Below are positions 46,241 through 55,546 of a stretch of 64,000 nucleotides of DNA, piece after piece. Source of the DNA: an uncultured Lachnospiraceae bacterium (GTDB lineage Bacteria; Bacillota; Clostridia; Lachnospirales; Lachnospiraceae); the NCBI GenBank assembly GCA_910577735.1, contig CAJTOO010000015.1:16074-80073 (forward strand). Reading direction: 5' to 3'. A program made the translations under genes and the position numbers. Under the pieces are notes generated by a model, which was not told the DNA's origin, did not search any database, and saw only the letters and a list, made by a program, of their open reading frames with translations. The number at the start of each line of letters is the position of its first letter. The first letter of the stretch is position 1.

Positions 46241-46702
46241 TTACTTCACTTCAATGCGTCTGACCTCTTCCTTTGCGGCAGCCTCTTTCTTAGGGAATTT
46301 CACTTCCAGGATGCCGTTGTTGTAGGAAGCATCGATATCGCCGGGCTCCACATCATTAACGCGGAAGCTTCTGGAATAAGAACTGTAGTAACGTTCTCTG
46401 CGGATATATTTGTTCTTGTCCTCTTCATCGTTCTCTTCCTTGTGGGAAGCGGAGATGGTAAGCAGGTTATCTTTCAGGTCAATATTGATGTCGGACTTAT
46501 CGAAGCCGGGCAATTCTGCCTGTAAGAGATAACTGTCACCCTGGTCAATCACATCGGTCTTAAAGGCATCGAAGGTAGCCAGTTCATTGCCGCCCCAGAA
46601 ATTCTTGAAAGCATTGTCAAACATTCTGTCAAAAGAATCCTCAAAAAATGCCGGTTTGTAAGTGTTGTGGTTAAATAATGCTGGTCTTAACATATTGATC
46701 AC
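46241..46702 (-). CDS. Small heat-shock protein, Hsp20/alpha-crystallin family
   Basis: Alpha-crystallin domain DVIDQGDSYLLQAELPGFDKSDINIDLKDNLLTISA ... ASYNNGILEVKFPK. Confidence 0.92.
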   Translation of the reverse strand: MINMLRPALFNHNTYKPAFFEDSFDRMFDNAFKNFWGGNELATFDAFKTDVIDQGDSYLLQAELPGFDKSDINIDLKDNLLTISASHKEENDEEDKNKYIRRERYYSSYSRSFRVNDVEPGDIDASYNNGILEVKFPKKEAAAKEEVRRIEVK

Positions 46703-46956
46703 TCCTTCTTTTTGTTATCAGTATGACCGATATCAGAAATCTGATACAGGATCATCTGGTTTCTTTGTTTCTTGTTTATATATGTTATACATCGAATAGA
46801 ACAAATAATCAATAATATAAGTATAAAGTATTTATTAAGAGAAACTAAAAAAGGAGACAATCCGTAGATAAGTTTCTTTTGCCATGAGGTAAGATTGTGA
46901 TATGATACTATTATTGAGGGAATACTATTCGCTCTTATTTGTAAAGGAGGCATTGC

Positions 46957-48087
46957 ATGGGGAAGAAAATAATAGCGGCAGGCCACATCTGTCTGGACAT
47001 AACGCCTGTCTTCCCGGATCAGAAAGCAGAGAATATCGGTGATATCATGATTCCCGGCAAACTGATTCAGATGGGCGGTGCGGATGTACATACCGGCGGT
47101 GCGGTGGCCAATACGGGGTTAGCCATGAAAATTCTGGGCGCGGATGTGACACTGATGGGTAAAATAGGGGCTGATGAATTTGGCGGCATGGTGGAGAATA
47201 TTCTGCACCGCTATGATGTGGGGGAAGGGATGATTGTATCAGAGGAGGAATCCACTTCCTACTCGGTGGTCATTGCAGTTCCCGGCATTGACAGAATCTT
47301 CCTGCACAATCCGGGGGCGAATCATTCTTTTGGCTGTGAAGATATTGATTATGAAGAGGTGGCAAAAGCAGATTTATTCCACTTTGGCTATCCGCCCCTG
47401 ATGCGGCAAATGTATCAGGAAGGTGGCAAGGGGATGGCGGAAATGTTTCGCAGGATTAAAGAACAGCATGCCGCCACATCCTTAGATCTTGCGGCGGTGG
47501 ACGCCAAATCAGAGGCCGGCAGGGCTGACTGGATTGATATCTTATCCAGGTCACTGCCCTATGTGGATTTCTTTGTTCCCAGTGTGGAGGAATTATGTTT
47601 CATGCTGGACAGGGACAGATATGAGGCCTGGAATGAAAGGGCGGCAGGAAAGGACATTACGGAAGCCATATCATTGGAAGAAGTTAAGCCGCTTGCTGAA
47701 CGGGCGATTTCCATGGGAGCAAAGGTGGTACTGATTAAATGCGGAGCTCCGGGCATCTATTACAGGACAGCCGCCAGAGAGCAGATGGCATCGGTCTGCA
47801 AAGAGCTGGGGCTTGTCGTAGATCAATGGGCAGAGAAAGAAGGGTTTGCAAGAAGCTTTGTACCAGATCAGATTTTGTCCGGTACCGGCGCGGGAGACAC
47901 CAGTATTGCTGCCTTTCTGGTATCTGTGCTGGAAGGGCGCAGCCTTGAAGAGGCAGTGCAGCTGGCGGTGGCCACGGGGGCATGTTGTGTGGCGTCTTAT
48001 GATGCACTGAGCGGTCTGCAGCCGCTTGCGGCGTTGAAAGAGAAAATGAAAAACGGGTGGGCGAAGAACGAGTTCCCCGGATGGTAA
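46957..48087 (+). CDS. PfkB-family carbohydrate kinase
   Basis: N-terminal GHICLDI and the C-terminal ATP/anion-hole motif GTGAGDTSIAAFL. At 376 aa it is longer than typical ribokinase-like enzymes. Confidence 0.85.
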   Translation: MGKKIIAAGHICLDITPVFPDQKAENIGDIMIPGKLIQMGGADVHTGGAVANTGLAMKILGADVTLMGKIGADEFGGMVENILHRYDVGEGMIVSEEESTSYSVVIAVPGIDRIFLHNPGANHSFGCEDIDYEEVAKADLFHFGYPPLMRQMYQEGGKGMAEMFRRIKEQHAATSLDLAAVDAKSEAGRADWIDILSRSLPYVDFFVPSVEELCFMLDRDRYEAWNERAAGKDITEAISLEEVKPLAERAISMGAKVVLIKCGAPGIYYRTAAREQMASVCKELGLVVDQWAEKEGFARSFVPDQILSGTGAGDTSIAAFLVSVLEGRSLEEAVQLAVATGACCVASYDALSGLQPLAALKEKMKNGWAKNEFPGW

Positions 48088-48098
48088 AGGAGAAGAGC

Positions 48099-48968
48099 AT
48101 GTTAGTTACGTTAAAAGAGATCTTACAGATTGCGGAAGAGAAAACCATTGCAGTGGGTGCGTTCAATGCGGTAAGTCTGGAAAGCCTTCAGGCTAATTTT
48201 CAGGCGGCGCAGGAGTTGGATGTGCCGCTTATCATTCAGTTTGCGCAGTGTCATGAACCATTGATTCCGCTGGAACTGATAGGGCCCATCATGGTAGATT
48301 TCGCAAAGAAAGCAGAAGGACCGGTCTGTGTGCATTTAGATCATGGAGAGACGCTGGAGTACTTGCAGCAGGCCCTGGAGATAGGGTTTACAGGAATCAT
48401 GTATGACGGTTCCACACTATCTTATGAGGAGAATCTGGCTAATTCGGCGAAGGCTGTGGAGATGGCTGGAAAATATGGCGCCAGCGTGGAAGCAGAACTG
48501 GGGAGTATGGGCAGACGGGAATCCGGTGCAGGAGAAGGCAGCGGTGAGGAAGATGATACTAAGATATACACGGATCCGGTACAGGCGAAAGATTTTGTTA
48601 TGCGCACAGGTATCGACGCCCTGGCATGTTCTTTTGGGACTACCCATGGGATTTATCTCAAAACCCCGAAACTGGACTTTGATGTGGTCAGACAAGTCCG
48701 CAGACAGTGCGGGAATATTCCGGTAGTCATGCATGGCGGTTCCGGTGTCAGCAGGGAGAACTTCCAGGAAGGTATCCGGGCAGGCGTCAGAAAGATCAAT
48801 TATTTTACTTATATGGATAAAGCGGGTGGAAATGCGGCTGCTGATTATATTAAGAAGATAGAGGACGGCGCACCGCTCTTTTTTACTGAAATATCTGCAA
48901 GGGCGCGGGAAGGCATGAAAGAAAATGTCAAAGAGGCGATGAAGGTATTTGCCATGATGGCGGATTGA
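48099..48968 (+). CDS. Class II ketose-bisphosphate aldolase (fructose/tagatose-bisphosphate aldolase family)
   Basis: VGAFN, VHLDHG, FTGIMYDGS, ELG, ACSFGTTHG and VMHGGSG motifs. ATG 48099 follows AAGGAGAAG. Confidence 0.88.
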   Translation: MLVTLKEILQIAEEKTIAVGAFNAVSLESLQANFQAAQELDVPLIIQFAQCHEPLIPLELIGPIMVDFAKKAEGPVCVHLDHGETLEYLQQALEIGFTGIMYDGSTLSYEENLANSAKAVEMAGKYGASVEAELGSMGRRESGAGEGSGEEDDTKIYTDPVQAKDFVMRTGIDALACSFGTTHGIYLKTPKLDFDVVRQVRRQCGNIPVVMHGGSGVSRENFQEGIRAGVRKINYFTYMDKAGGNAAADYIKKIEDGAPLFFTEISARAREGMKENVKEAMKVFAMMAD

Positions 48969-48995
48969 CAACAGCAGGAAGTGCAGTACATATAA

Positions 48996-49039
48996 GGGGT
49001 GCCGCTCTATCATCTGGTTGGATGATCGGGCGGCACCCC
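48996..49039. terminator. GC-rich hairpin between the convergent aldolase and HPr-like genes
   Basis: GGGGTGCCGC ... GCGGCACCCC, a 10-bp stem. Confidence 0.6.
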
Positions 49040-49050
49040 GTGTCTTTCCT

Positions 49051-49275
49051 TTAATATATAAAGGGAGCTAGCTTCTCCCTGATTCCCTCATCGTCTGAGT
49101 CATAACTTAATCGAAGCGGTCTGGTCAGATCGAGTGCCAACACGCCAAGTATGGATTTGGCATCTACGATTCTTCGGCCTTCGCCAAGGTTGAAACTTAA
49201 ATCAATCTTATCAATTACATCTACAAACCTTCTGACCTGATTAACATCATTGAATTTTACATGTACCTGCTGCAT
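49051..49275 (-). CDS. HPr-fold phosphocarrier-like protein lacking the His15 site (Crh-like)
   Basis: VDAKSILGVLALDL matches the Ser46 region of HPr/Crh. The region aligning to GIHARPA reads VNQVRRF, putting Gln where His15 would be, as in B. subtilis Crh. 74 aa with an AGGAGG RBS. Confidence 0.7.
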   Translation of the reverse strand: MQQVHVKFNDVNQVRRFVDVIDKIDLSFNLGEGRRIVDAKSILGVLALDLTRPLRLSYDSDDEGIREKLAPFIY

Positions 49276-49718
49276 AATCTCGTTTCCTCCTTAATCATTG
49301 ATGTCATGAAAATATAATGTCTTAAAACAATACCGATTAGCTGCAATTCCCCTACACGCAGGATTCCCTGAAAACACATCTTTTAGTCTGTTGTCTGTAA
49401 AAATTTTCTATGAGCCTCCTTTCTTTCTGAAAATATGGTTGACTTATTGTGAGAATATGATATCTTGTGTGTTTTCAAATGTAAATAGGCAAAATCTAAA
49501 AAATTTATTAAAAATTTTGTATGGTATGCTGTAAAGTGAAACTAAGAAATGTTATTAAATTGGCAGCATGTATAAAATATTGTTATGAAGATAGTGCAAT
49601 ATGTTAAATATGAAAGAATAAGAGGGGACATGGGCAATGCACTGATTTTAGGAAAGCATCCCTGATAGACAGTTAGAGAGAACTGTGTTTGTCTGTGAAG
49701 AATCTTTTATTTTGATTT

Positions 49719-49755
49719 AAATAAATTATTTTAATAAAACTTAAAATAATTTATT
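49719..49755. promoter_or_regulatory. AT-rich inverted repeat abutting a TTGACA -35 box upstream of the second GH43 gene
   Basis: AAATAAATTATTTTA (8-nt gap) TAAAATAATTTATT. The right arm runs into TTGACA (49754-49759), and TATACT/TACTAT lies 15-17 nt downstream. Confidence 0.5.
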
Positions 49756-49859
49756 GACAAGGAATACTGTGACCTATACTATAAAGATATAGTAAACAAA
49801 ATTTCTAATGTCGTTTACTATGGCAGATAATAATGATTAAAGAGAAAGAAGCGAAAAAT

Positions 49860-50804
49860 ATGGACAACAAGTATCGTTACAGAGAACCATGGATTATGCA
49901 AAGAGCAGATCCCTATGTGTATTATAAGGACGGCTGCTATTATTTCACGGGCAGCCTGCCGCAGTATAACGGGATTGCACTGCGCAGGAGTGACAGCCTC
50001 AAAGGCCTGGCAGACGCAGAAGAAACCGTTGTGTGGAAGAAACACGTAAGCGGCCCTATGAGTGAACATATTTGGGCCCCGGAACTCCATTATCTTGAGG
50101 GAAAGTGGTATCTGTATTTTGCCGGGGGAGAGAAGGACGATATCTGGAAGATCAGGCCGTATATTTTGGAATGCGAGGGGCAAGATCCGATCAATGATCC
50201 CTGGATGGAACGGGGCATGATGCAGGCGGCAGATGGGGATGAGTTTTCTTTCCGGGCATTTTCCCTTGATATGACTGTCTTTGAGAACAAAGGACAGCAT
50301 TACTGTATCTGGGCGGAGAAAGTGAGTGTGGGTAAACAGATATCCAATCTTTATATTGCGCGGATGCAGTCACCCCTCAAACTGGAAACGGCCCAGGTAC
50401 TTTTAACAACACCTGATTACGACTGGGAACGGCATGGTTTCTGGGTCAATGAAGGCCCGGCTGTCATTCACCATGAAGGCAGGCTGTTTGTCACATATTC
50501 GGCAAGTGATACGGGCATTCATTATTGTGTTGGGATGCTGACTGCGGATGAGGATGCGGATTTGTTGGATCCGAGGAGCTGGCGTAAGGAGCGTTACCCG
50601 GTTCTGCAGTCAGATGAAAGTCTTAAAATATATGGTCCCGGACACAATAGCTTCGTAGAAACAGAAGACGGCAGACTTGTTATGGTGTTCCATGCCAGAA
50701 CAGAAAAGGATCTGGTGGGGAATCCTCTCTATGTACCGAACAGGCATGCCATGATGCTGGAGGTTGAATGGGATGAAGAAGGAAAGCCGGTTTTTGCATT
50801 TTAG
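49860..50804 (+). CDS. GH43 single-domain glycoside hydrolase (arabinofuranosidase/xylosidase type)
   Basis: RADPYVYYKDGCYYFTGS ... IWAPELHYLEGKWYLYFAGG ... NEGPAVIHHEGRLFVTYSAS ... GPGHNSF five-bladed propeller motifs. The start could be 49833 or 49860. Confidence 0.85.
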   Translation: MDNKYRYREPWIMQRADPYVYYKDGCYYFTGSLPQYNGIALRRSDSLKGLADAEETVVWKKHVSGPMSEHIWAPELHYLEGKWYLYFAGGEKDDIWKIRPYILECEGQDPINDPWMERGMMQAADGDEFSFRAFSLDMTVFENKGQHYCIWAEKVSVGKQISNLYIARMQSPLKLETAQVLLTTPDYDWERHGFWVNEGPAVIHHEGRLFVTYSASDTGIHYCVGMLTADEDADLLDPRSWRKERYPVLQSDESLKIYGPGHNSFVETEDGRLVMVFHARTEKDLVGNPLYVPNRHAMMLEVEWDEEGKPVFAF

Positions 50805-50823
50805 ATGCTTTCAGGTATAGAAA

Positions 50824-50873
50824 AAGGGCCGTTGTATTATGGATGATCAGGCATCCATGACACAACGGCCTTT
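50824..50873. terminator. Compound bidirectional terminator between the GH43 and rubredoxin genes
   Basis: Outer stem AAGGGCCGTTGT / ACAACGGCCTTT and inner stem ATGGATG / CATCCAT. Both strands have T-runs. Confidence 0.7.
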
Positions 50874-50879
50874 CTTAAA

Positions 50880-51053
50880 TTAGTTGTAATTATCGATACA
50901 AGGCTGGAACATGTCCTTTGTCACGCCGCACAGAGGGCAGCACCAGTCTGCCGGAAGATCCTCAAATGCTGTGCCGGGTTTGATGCCATGCTCCGGATCA
51001 CCTTTCTCCGGATCATAAGTGTAGCCGCAGGGATTACAAAAATATTTTTTCAT
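50880..51053 (-). CDS. Rubredoxin, 57 aa; absent from the ORF track because it is under 60 aa
   Basis: My own translation: [57 protein letters not shown]. It has the two CxxCG knuckles and an AAAGGAGA RBS. Confidence 0.9.
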   Translation of the reverse strand: MKKYFCNPCGYTYDPEKGDPEHGIKPGTAFEDLPADWCCPLCGVTKDMFQPCIDNYN

Positions 51054-51101
51054 TTTCAATGTCTCCTTTGTATTTTATAAAATTTTATCCTTATCTTTTA
51101 A

Positions 51102-51641
51102 TTAACCAAAGTATCTCTTAAGAAGTCCTTCAAATGCCTTACCATGTCTGGCTTCATCACGAGCCATCTCATGCACGGTGTCATGGATTGCATCCAGATT
51201 AGCAGCTTTAGCACGTTTTGCAAGATCGAACTTACCAGCGGTTGCACCGTTCTCAGCTTCTACTCTCATCTCCAGGTTTTTCTTGGTGGAATCCGTTACT
51301 ACTTCGCCAAGAAGCTCTGCGAATTTAGCAGCATGCTCTGCCTCTTCCCAGGCAGCCTTCTCCCAGTACAGGCCGATTTCAGGATAACCCTCTCTGTGAG
51401 CAACTCTTGCCATAGCAAGATACATACCTACCTCAGAGCATTCACCGTTAAAGTTAGCGCGCAGATCGTCGATGATATCCTGGCTGACACCCTGTGCCAC
51501 ACCTACCACATGCTCTGCAGCCCATGTCATCTCATCGCCCTGTGCTGTAAATTTCTCAGCGGGTGCGTGACATACCGGGCACTCAGCCGGCGCTGCATCT
51601 CCTTCGTGAACATAACCACATACCTGACATACAAATTTCAT
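51102..51641 (-). CDS. rbr: Reverse rubrerythrin (N-terminal rubredoxin-like domain plus C-terminal diiron ferritin-like domain)
   Basis: CQVCGY ... CPVCHA lies at the N-terminus. Diiron helices follow, with E ... EAEH and E ... EARH motifs. This is the same domain order as the revRbr described in Clostridium acetobutylicum. Confidence 0.88.
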   Translation of the reverse strand: MKFVCQVCGYVHEGDAAPAECPVCHAPAEKFTAQGDEMTWAAEHVVGVAQGVSQDIIDDLRANFNGECSEVGMYLAMARVAHREGYPEIGLYWEKAAWEEAEHAAKFAELLGEVVTDSTKKNLEMRVEAENGATAGKFDLAKRAKAANLDAIHDTVHEMARDEARHGKAFEGLLKRYFG

Positions 51642-51675
51642 AGATAATATCTCCTTTTCTTTTTATTTTGCACCC

Positions 51676-52071
51676 TTAATTTATGGGTTCATTTGTTTTA
51701 CATTTGTCACAGATTCCATAGAAATATGTGACATGTCCTTGTATCTCGCCGCCGAAATCTTTGCGGGCAGTCTCCAGAATTTCTTCGATGTTTCCCATCT
51801 TAAGATCTGTCACACAGCCGCATTCTGAACAGACGAAATGGTAATGTTCGGAGGTATCCGCATCAAAGTGATCAATGCCATCGCCTACACGCAGACGCTG
51901 TATCTCACCCATATCAGCGAGAAGTGACAGATTTCGGTAAACGGTACCGAGGCTGATGTTAGGATATTCCTGTCTGACGTTCTGATAGACCACTTCGGCG
52001 CTAGGATGATCTTTGCGAGTCATCAGAAAGTCGAAAATGACCTGCCGCTGACGGCTGTATTTTAACGCCAT
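51676..52071 (-). CDS. perR: Fur-family peroxide-responsive repressor (PerR-like)
   Basis: RQRQVIFDFL ... HPSAEVVY ... ISLGTVYRNL ... HYHFVCSECG ... CDKC. ATG 52071 follows AGGAGGG. The track start at 52101 lacks an RBS. Confidence 0.85.
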   Translation of the reverse strand: MALKYSRQRQVIFDFLMTRKDHPSAEVVYQNVRQEYPNISLGTVYRNLSLLADMGEIQRLRVGDGIDHFDADTSEHYHFVCSECGCVTDLKMGNIEEILETARKDFGGEIQGHVTYFYGICDKCKTNEPIN

Positions 52072-52118
52072 TGCAATCCCTCCTCTAAAAATAGGAATCA
52101 TTACTGATTTCTGTTTTC

Positions 52119-52146
52119 ATTATAACAGATTAAATAAGCCTGTCAA
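52119..52146 (-). promoter_or_regulatory. Near-consensus sigma-A promoter for the perR-rbr-rubredoxin operon
   Basis: The - strand reads TTGACA, a 16-nt spacer, then TGTTATAAT (extended -10), about 45 nt upstream of the perR ATG. Confidence 0.65.
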
Positions 52147-52279
52147 TCTAAATTTTTTATTTTATAAATATTTTATAAGATTATAGGAGATGTTTTATTT
52201 CTAAGTGCGAAAAGTGTGGTATATTTAAAACATCAGGATACAAAAGGTATCGTATGTGCAGGAAGAAAGGGAGATTTTC

Positions 52280-53758
52280 GTGAAATTCAGAACAAGGCTT
52301 GTGATCACATCGCTTTCTATCATACTTGTTCCGCTTCTGCTCACAAGTATCACGTTTTTGCTAGTTGGCAGTCATATAGAGGATGCGGAAGCACAGTTTG
52401 GGTTTTTGAATAAAAATAATGCCTCTTTTATTTATACGATAGAAAATTACAGCCGTATTACGGAAGAAGTACTGGAAGAAGTAAAGAGGCAGATTGCCAA
52501 AGATGCAACAAAGCTGGAAAATAAGGATTACCTGGATGAACTGACGATGGACCTGAAAGATAAGTCTTCTTATATCATAGTCAGAAAGAATGATCAGATT
52601 TTTTATACCGGGAATCATAATGCAGCCAGGAAGATATTCGATACACTGCCGGAGTATGGGAATGCCATGCCTGACCCGGAGACGGGTTTCTATTATAATG
52701 ATATGAAAAAGCTGGTCAAGGAGATTGATTTTGTGTTTTCTGACGGCGCTGAGGGAAGCTTTTTTATTGTGACAAGTATCAGTTCCCTGATTTCCAAGAA
52801 AATGCTGAGTAATATGATTGCCGCTTTTATTCTGGTACTTATCTTTACCAGTATTGTGCTGACCCAGTGGATTCAGAAAGGCATCTTTACACCGATCACG
52901 CAGCTGAATGCGGCAATGCAGAATATCGCGGAAGGCAATCTGGAATATATGCTGCCCACGGAAGGTAAGGGGGAGATTGGAGAACTCTACCGCAATTATG
53001 AGGATATGCGGCTTCGGCTGAAAGAATCCCTGGATGAGAAGTTTGAGCATGAGAAGAAGAACAGGGAATTAGTCAGCAATATCTCCCATGATTTAAAGAC
53101 GCCCATCACTGCGGTGAAGGGATATGTGGAAGGTATCATGGACGGCGTTGCCGATACGCCGGAGAAGATGGACAAGTATATCAAGACCATCTATAATAAA
53201 GCTAATGATATGGATCGGCTGATCAATGAACTTACGACTTATTCGGGCATTGACAGTAATCGGATTCCTTACAGTTTTCGCCGCATAAATGTGGCAGATT
53301 ATTTTGGAGACTGTGTGGAAGAGGTGGGGCTTGACTTAGAGTCCAAGAATATTCAGTTAAATTATGAAGATTTGGTGGAACCTTCCACGCAGATCATAGC
53401 CGATCCGGAACAGTTAAAGAGGGTTATCAATAATATTATTGGCAATAGTGTGAAGTATTCGGATAAGGAGAAAGGGGTCATAGATATCCGCATTCTGGAT
53501 GAGGTGGATTCTATCCGTGTGGAGATTGAGGATAACGGCAAGGGAATTGCGGCGAAAGATTTGCCTAATATCTTCGAGCGGTTTTATCGGACGGATGCTT
53601 CCCGTAATTCTTCCAAAGGCGGCAGCGGCATCGGGCTGTCTATTGTGAAGAAGATTATAGAAGACCATGGCGGTTATATCTGGGCTACCAGCAAAGAAGG
53701 CGAAGGAACCTGTATGCACTTCGTAATACGTAAATATCAGACGGAGTCGAAAGAATAA
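52280..53758 (+). CDS. Sensor histidine kinase (two TM, HAMP, HisKA, HATPase_c)
   Basis: H-box SNISHDLKTPIT, N-box NNIIGNSVKY and G-boxes DNGKGI / GGSGIGLS. GTG 52280 follows AGGGAG. The track start at 52256 is also a GTG. Confidence 0.9.
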   Translation: MKFRTRLVITSLSIILVPLLLTSITFLLVGSHIEDAEAQFGFLNKNNASFIYTIENYSRITEEVLEEVKRQIAKDATKLENKDYLDELTMDLKDKSSYIIVRKNDQIFYTGNHNAARKIFDTLPEYGNAMPDPETGFYYNDMKKLVKEIDFVFSDGAEGSFFIVTSISSLISKKMLSNMIAAFILVLIFTSIVLTQWIQKGIFTPITQLNAAMQNIAEGNLEYMLPTEGKGEIGELYRNYEDMRLRLKESLDEKFEHEKKNRELVSNISHDLKTPITAVKGYVEGIMDGVADTPEKMDKYIKTIYNKANDMDRLINELTTYSGIDSNRIPYSFRRINVADYFGDCVEEVGLDLESKNIQLNYEDLVEPSTQIIADPEQLKRVINNIIGNSVKYSDKEKGVIDIRILDEVDSIRVEIEDNGKGIAAKDLPNIFERFYRTDASRNSSKGGSGIGLSIVKKIIEDHGGYIWATSKEGEGTCMHFVIRKYQTESKE

Positions 53759-53854
53759 CGTGGATTTGGCAGTTGTCGAAGCGGCGTCATGTCAGTTGAC
53801 ATGAATTTCATGAAAGTAGTTTTATAAACTGAGAGACAGAAAGGACAGAATGTT

Positions 53855-54544
53855 ATGAGTAAGATTTTGATCGTGGAAGATGAAGAGGCAATCGCAGATC
53901 TGGAAAAGGATTATCTGGAATTAAGCGACTTTGAAGTGACTATTGAAAATAACGGCGATCAGGGGTTAGAGACAGCTTTGTCAGGGGATTACGATCTTGT
54001 GATTTTAGATCTCATGCTGCCGGGCATTGACGGCTTTGAAGTATGTAAAAAGATTCGTGAGGAGAAGGATATACCGATTATCATGGTGTCTGCCAAAAAG
54101 GATGACATCGATAAGATCAGGGGACTTGGTCTGGGTGCGGACGATTATATGACGAAGCCTTTCAGTCCCTCTGAGCTGGTGGCCAGGGTCAAGGCGCATA
54201 TGGCCCGCTATGACAGATTGGTGGGCAGCAACCAGAAGGTCAATGACATGATCGAGATCAGAGGACTTAAGATAGATAAAACAGCCAGAAGAGTTTATGT
54301 GGACGGGGAAGAAAGGGTATTTACAACAAAGGAGTTTGACCTGTTGACATTCCTTGCGGAGAATCCCAATCATGTATATTCCAAGGAGGAATTGTTCCGG
54401 GAAATCTGGGATATGGATTCCATAGGGGATATTGCCACAGTTACCGTGCATATTAAGAAGATTCGTGAAAAGATTGAGTTTGACACAGCGAAACCTCAGT
54501 ATATTGAGACAATCTGGGGCATTGGATACCGGTTTAAGATATAG
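53855..54544 (+). CDS. OmpR/PhoB-family response regulator
   Basis: Receiver (ILIVEDEE, LVILDLMLPG, KP) plus a winged helix (FTTKEFDLLTFLAENPNHVYSKEEL ... IETIWGIGYRF). Confidence 0.93.
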   Translation: MSKILIVEDEEAIADLEKDYLELSDFEVTIENNGDQGLETALSGDYDLVILDLMLPGIDGFEVCKKIREEKDIPIIMVSAKKDDIDKIRGLGLGADDYMTKPFSPSELVARVKAHMARYDRLVGSNQKVNDMIEIRGLKIDKTARRVYVDGEERVFTTKEFDLLTFLAENPNHVYSKEELFREIWDMDSIGDIATVTVHIKKIREKIEFDTAKPQYIETIWGIGYRFKI

Positions 54545-54607
54545 ACAGAAGAGTTACAGTGTTTGTTATGATAATGTAAATACGGATTTGCGAGGTTGAA
54601 TGAGGCC

Positions 54608-55429
54608 ATGAAATCACGCATATTATATGAAGACAAAGATCTGATTGTCTGCCGTAAACCAGCAGGGATTGCCACCCAGACTGCACGGGTAGGGCAGCGG
54701 GATATGGTCAGTGAGATAGCGACTTATCTTGCGGATAAAGAGAAGAATCCTTGTGTAAAGGATAAAAGGCCCATCGAAAAGCAGCCTTATGTGGGACTGG
54801 TCCATCGCTTGGATCAGCCGGTGGAAGGTATTTTAGTCTTTGCCAGAAGTAAGGCGGCTGCGGCAGCATTAAGCAGGCAGATGACTGAAGAACAGATGGC
54901 AAAAGACTACTACGCCGTCATCTGTGGACAGGATATACCGGAAGATGGAGAACTGGTGGACTATCTGTTAAAAGACGGCAGGACGAATTTGTCGAAGGTG
55001 GTAAGCAGGGAAATGAAAGGTGCCAAGGAGGCCCGCCTGCGGTTTCGGATTTTACAGCGCAGACAGGTGGAATCGGCGGAAGTGTCATGCCAGATTGCCC
55101 TTGCCAGGATTCGACTGCAGACGGGACGTCATCATCAGATTCGGGTACAGATGGCAAATGCAGGGTTGAGTCTGTTAGGAGACCGCAAATATGCCGATGC
55201 GCAGGCGGTAAGGTTGTCAGAGCAGCTGGGCATGAAGGATATTGCCCTGTGTGCAGGCAGGCTAGCATTTATGCATCCGGCAACGGGAAAGAAAATGATA
55301 TTTTCTGTCATGCCAGAGGGAAAGAGCTTTCAGGAGTTCAGACAGGAGATAGAAGCAGACAGAAATAAGGACAGCCGGAGATCGGCCGTATCTGATGAGA
55401 TAATGCCATGTCATTGTGCTCAGCGATAA
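54608..55429 (+). CDS. RluA-family pseudouridine synthase
   Basis: The catalytic motif HRLDQPVEGILVFARS and a later GRHHQIRVQ. The start could be TTG 54596 or ATG 54608. Confidence 0.88.
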   Translation: MKSRILYEDKDLIVCRKPAGIATQTARVGQRDMVSEIATYLADKEKNPCVKDKRPIEKQPYVGLVHRLDQPVEGILVFARSKAAAAALSRQMTEEQMAKDYYAVICGQDIPEDGELVDYLLKDGRTNLSKVVSREMKGAKEARLRFRILQRRQVESAEVSCQIALARIRLQTGRHHQIRVQMANAGLSLLGDRKYADAQAVRLSEQLGMKDIALCAGRLAFMHPATGKKMIFSVMPEGKSFQEFRQEIEADRNKDSRRSAVSDEIMPCHCAQR

Positions 55430-55487
55430 GCATTTAGATAGTATAAGATCTATGAAAATAAAGATAATAAGAATAGTGTCAGTAGAA

Positions 55488-55516
55488 GAAGCAGAGGTAA
55501 ACCTTCTGCTTTTTTA
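55488..55516 (+). terminator. Rho-independent terminator after the pseudouridine synthase gene
   Basis: GAAGCAGAGGT / ACCTTCTGCTT with one bulge, followed by TTTTTATTATTTTT. Confidence 0.7.
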
Positions 55517-55546
55517 TTATTTTTATGTCCGGAGAGAAGATCATCT

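Noticed and set aside
46703-46956. I looked for CIRCE (TTAGCACTC-N9-GAGTGCTAA), a CtsR box or an RNA thermometer upstream of hsp20. The region contains a TATCAGA-AA-TCTGATA palindrome (46728-46743) and a GGTCATA half-site.
   Set aside because: There is no CIRCE match. Only one degenerate CtsR half-site is present. I found no convincing anti-SD pairing with the AAGGAG RBS. The 7-bp palindrome alone is too weak to call.
53787-53804. An 8-bp-arm palindrome, TCATGTCA-GT-TGACATGA, in the 96-nt gap between the histidine kinase and response regulator genes.
   Set aside because: It is short and has no T-run. It could be chance or a minor processing or attenuation site, and nothing else supports a function.
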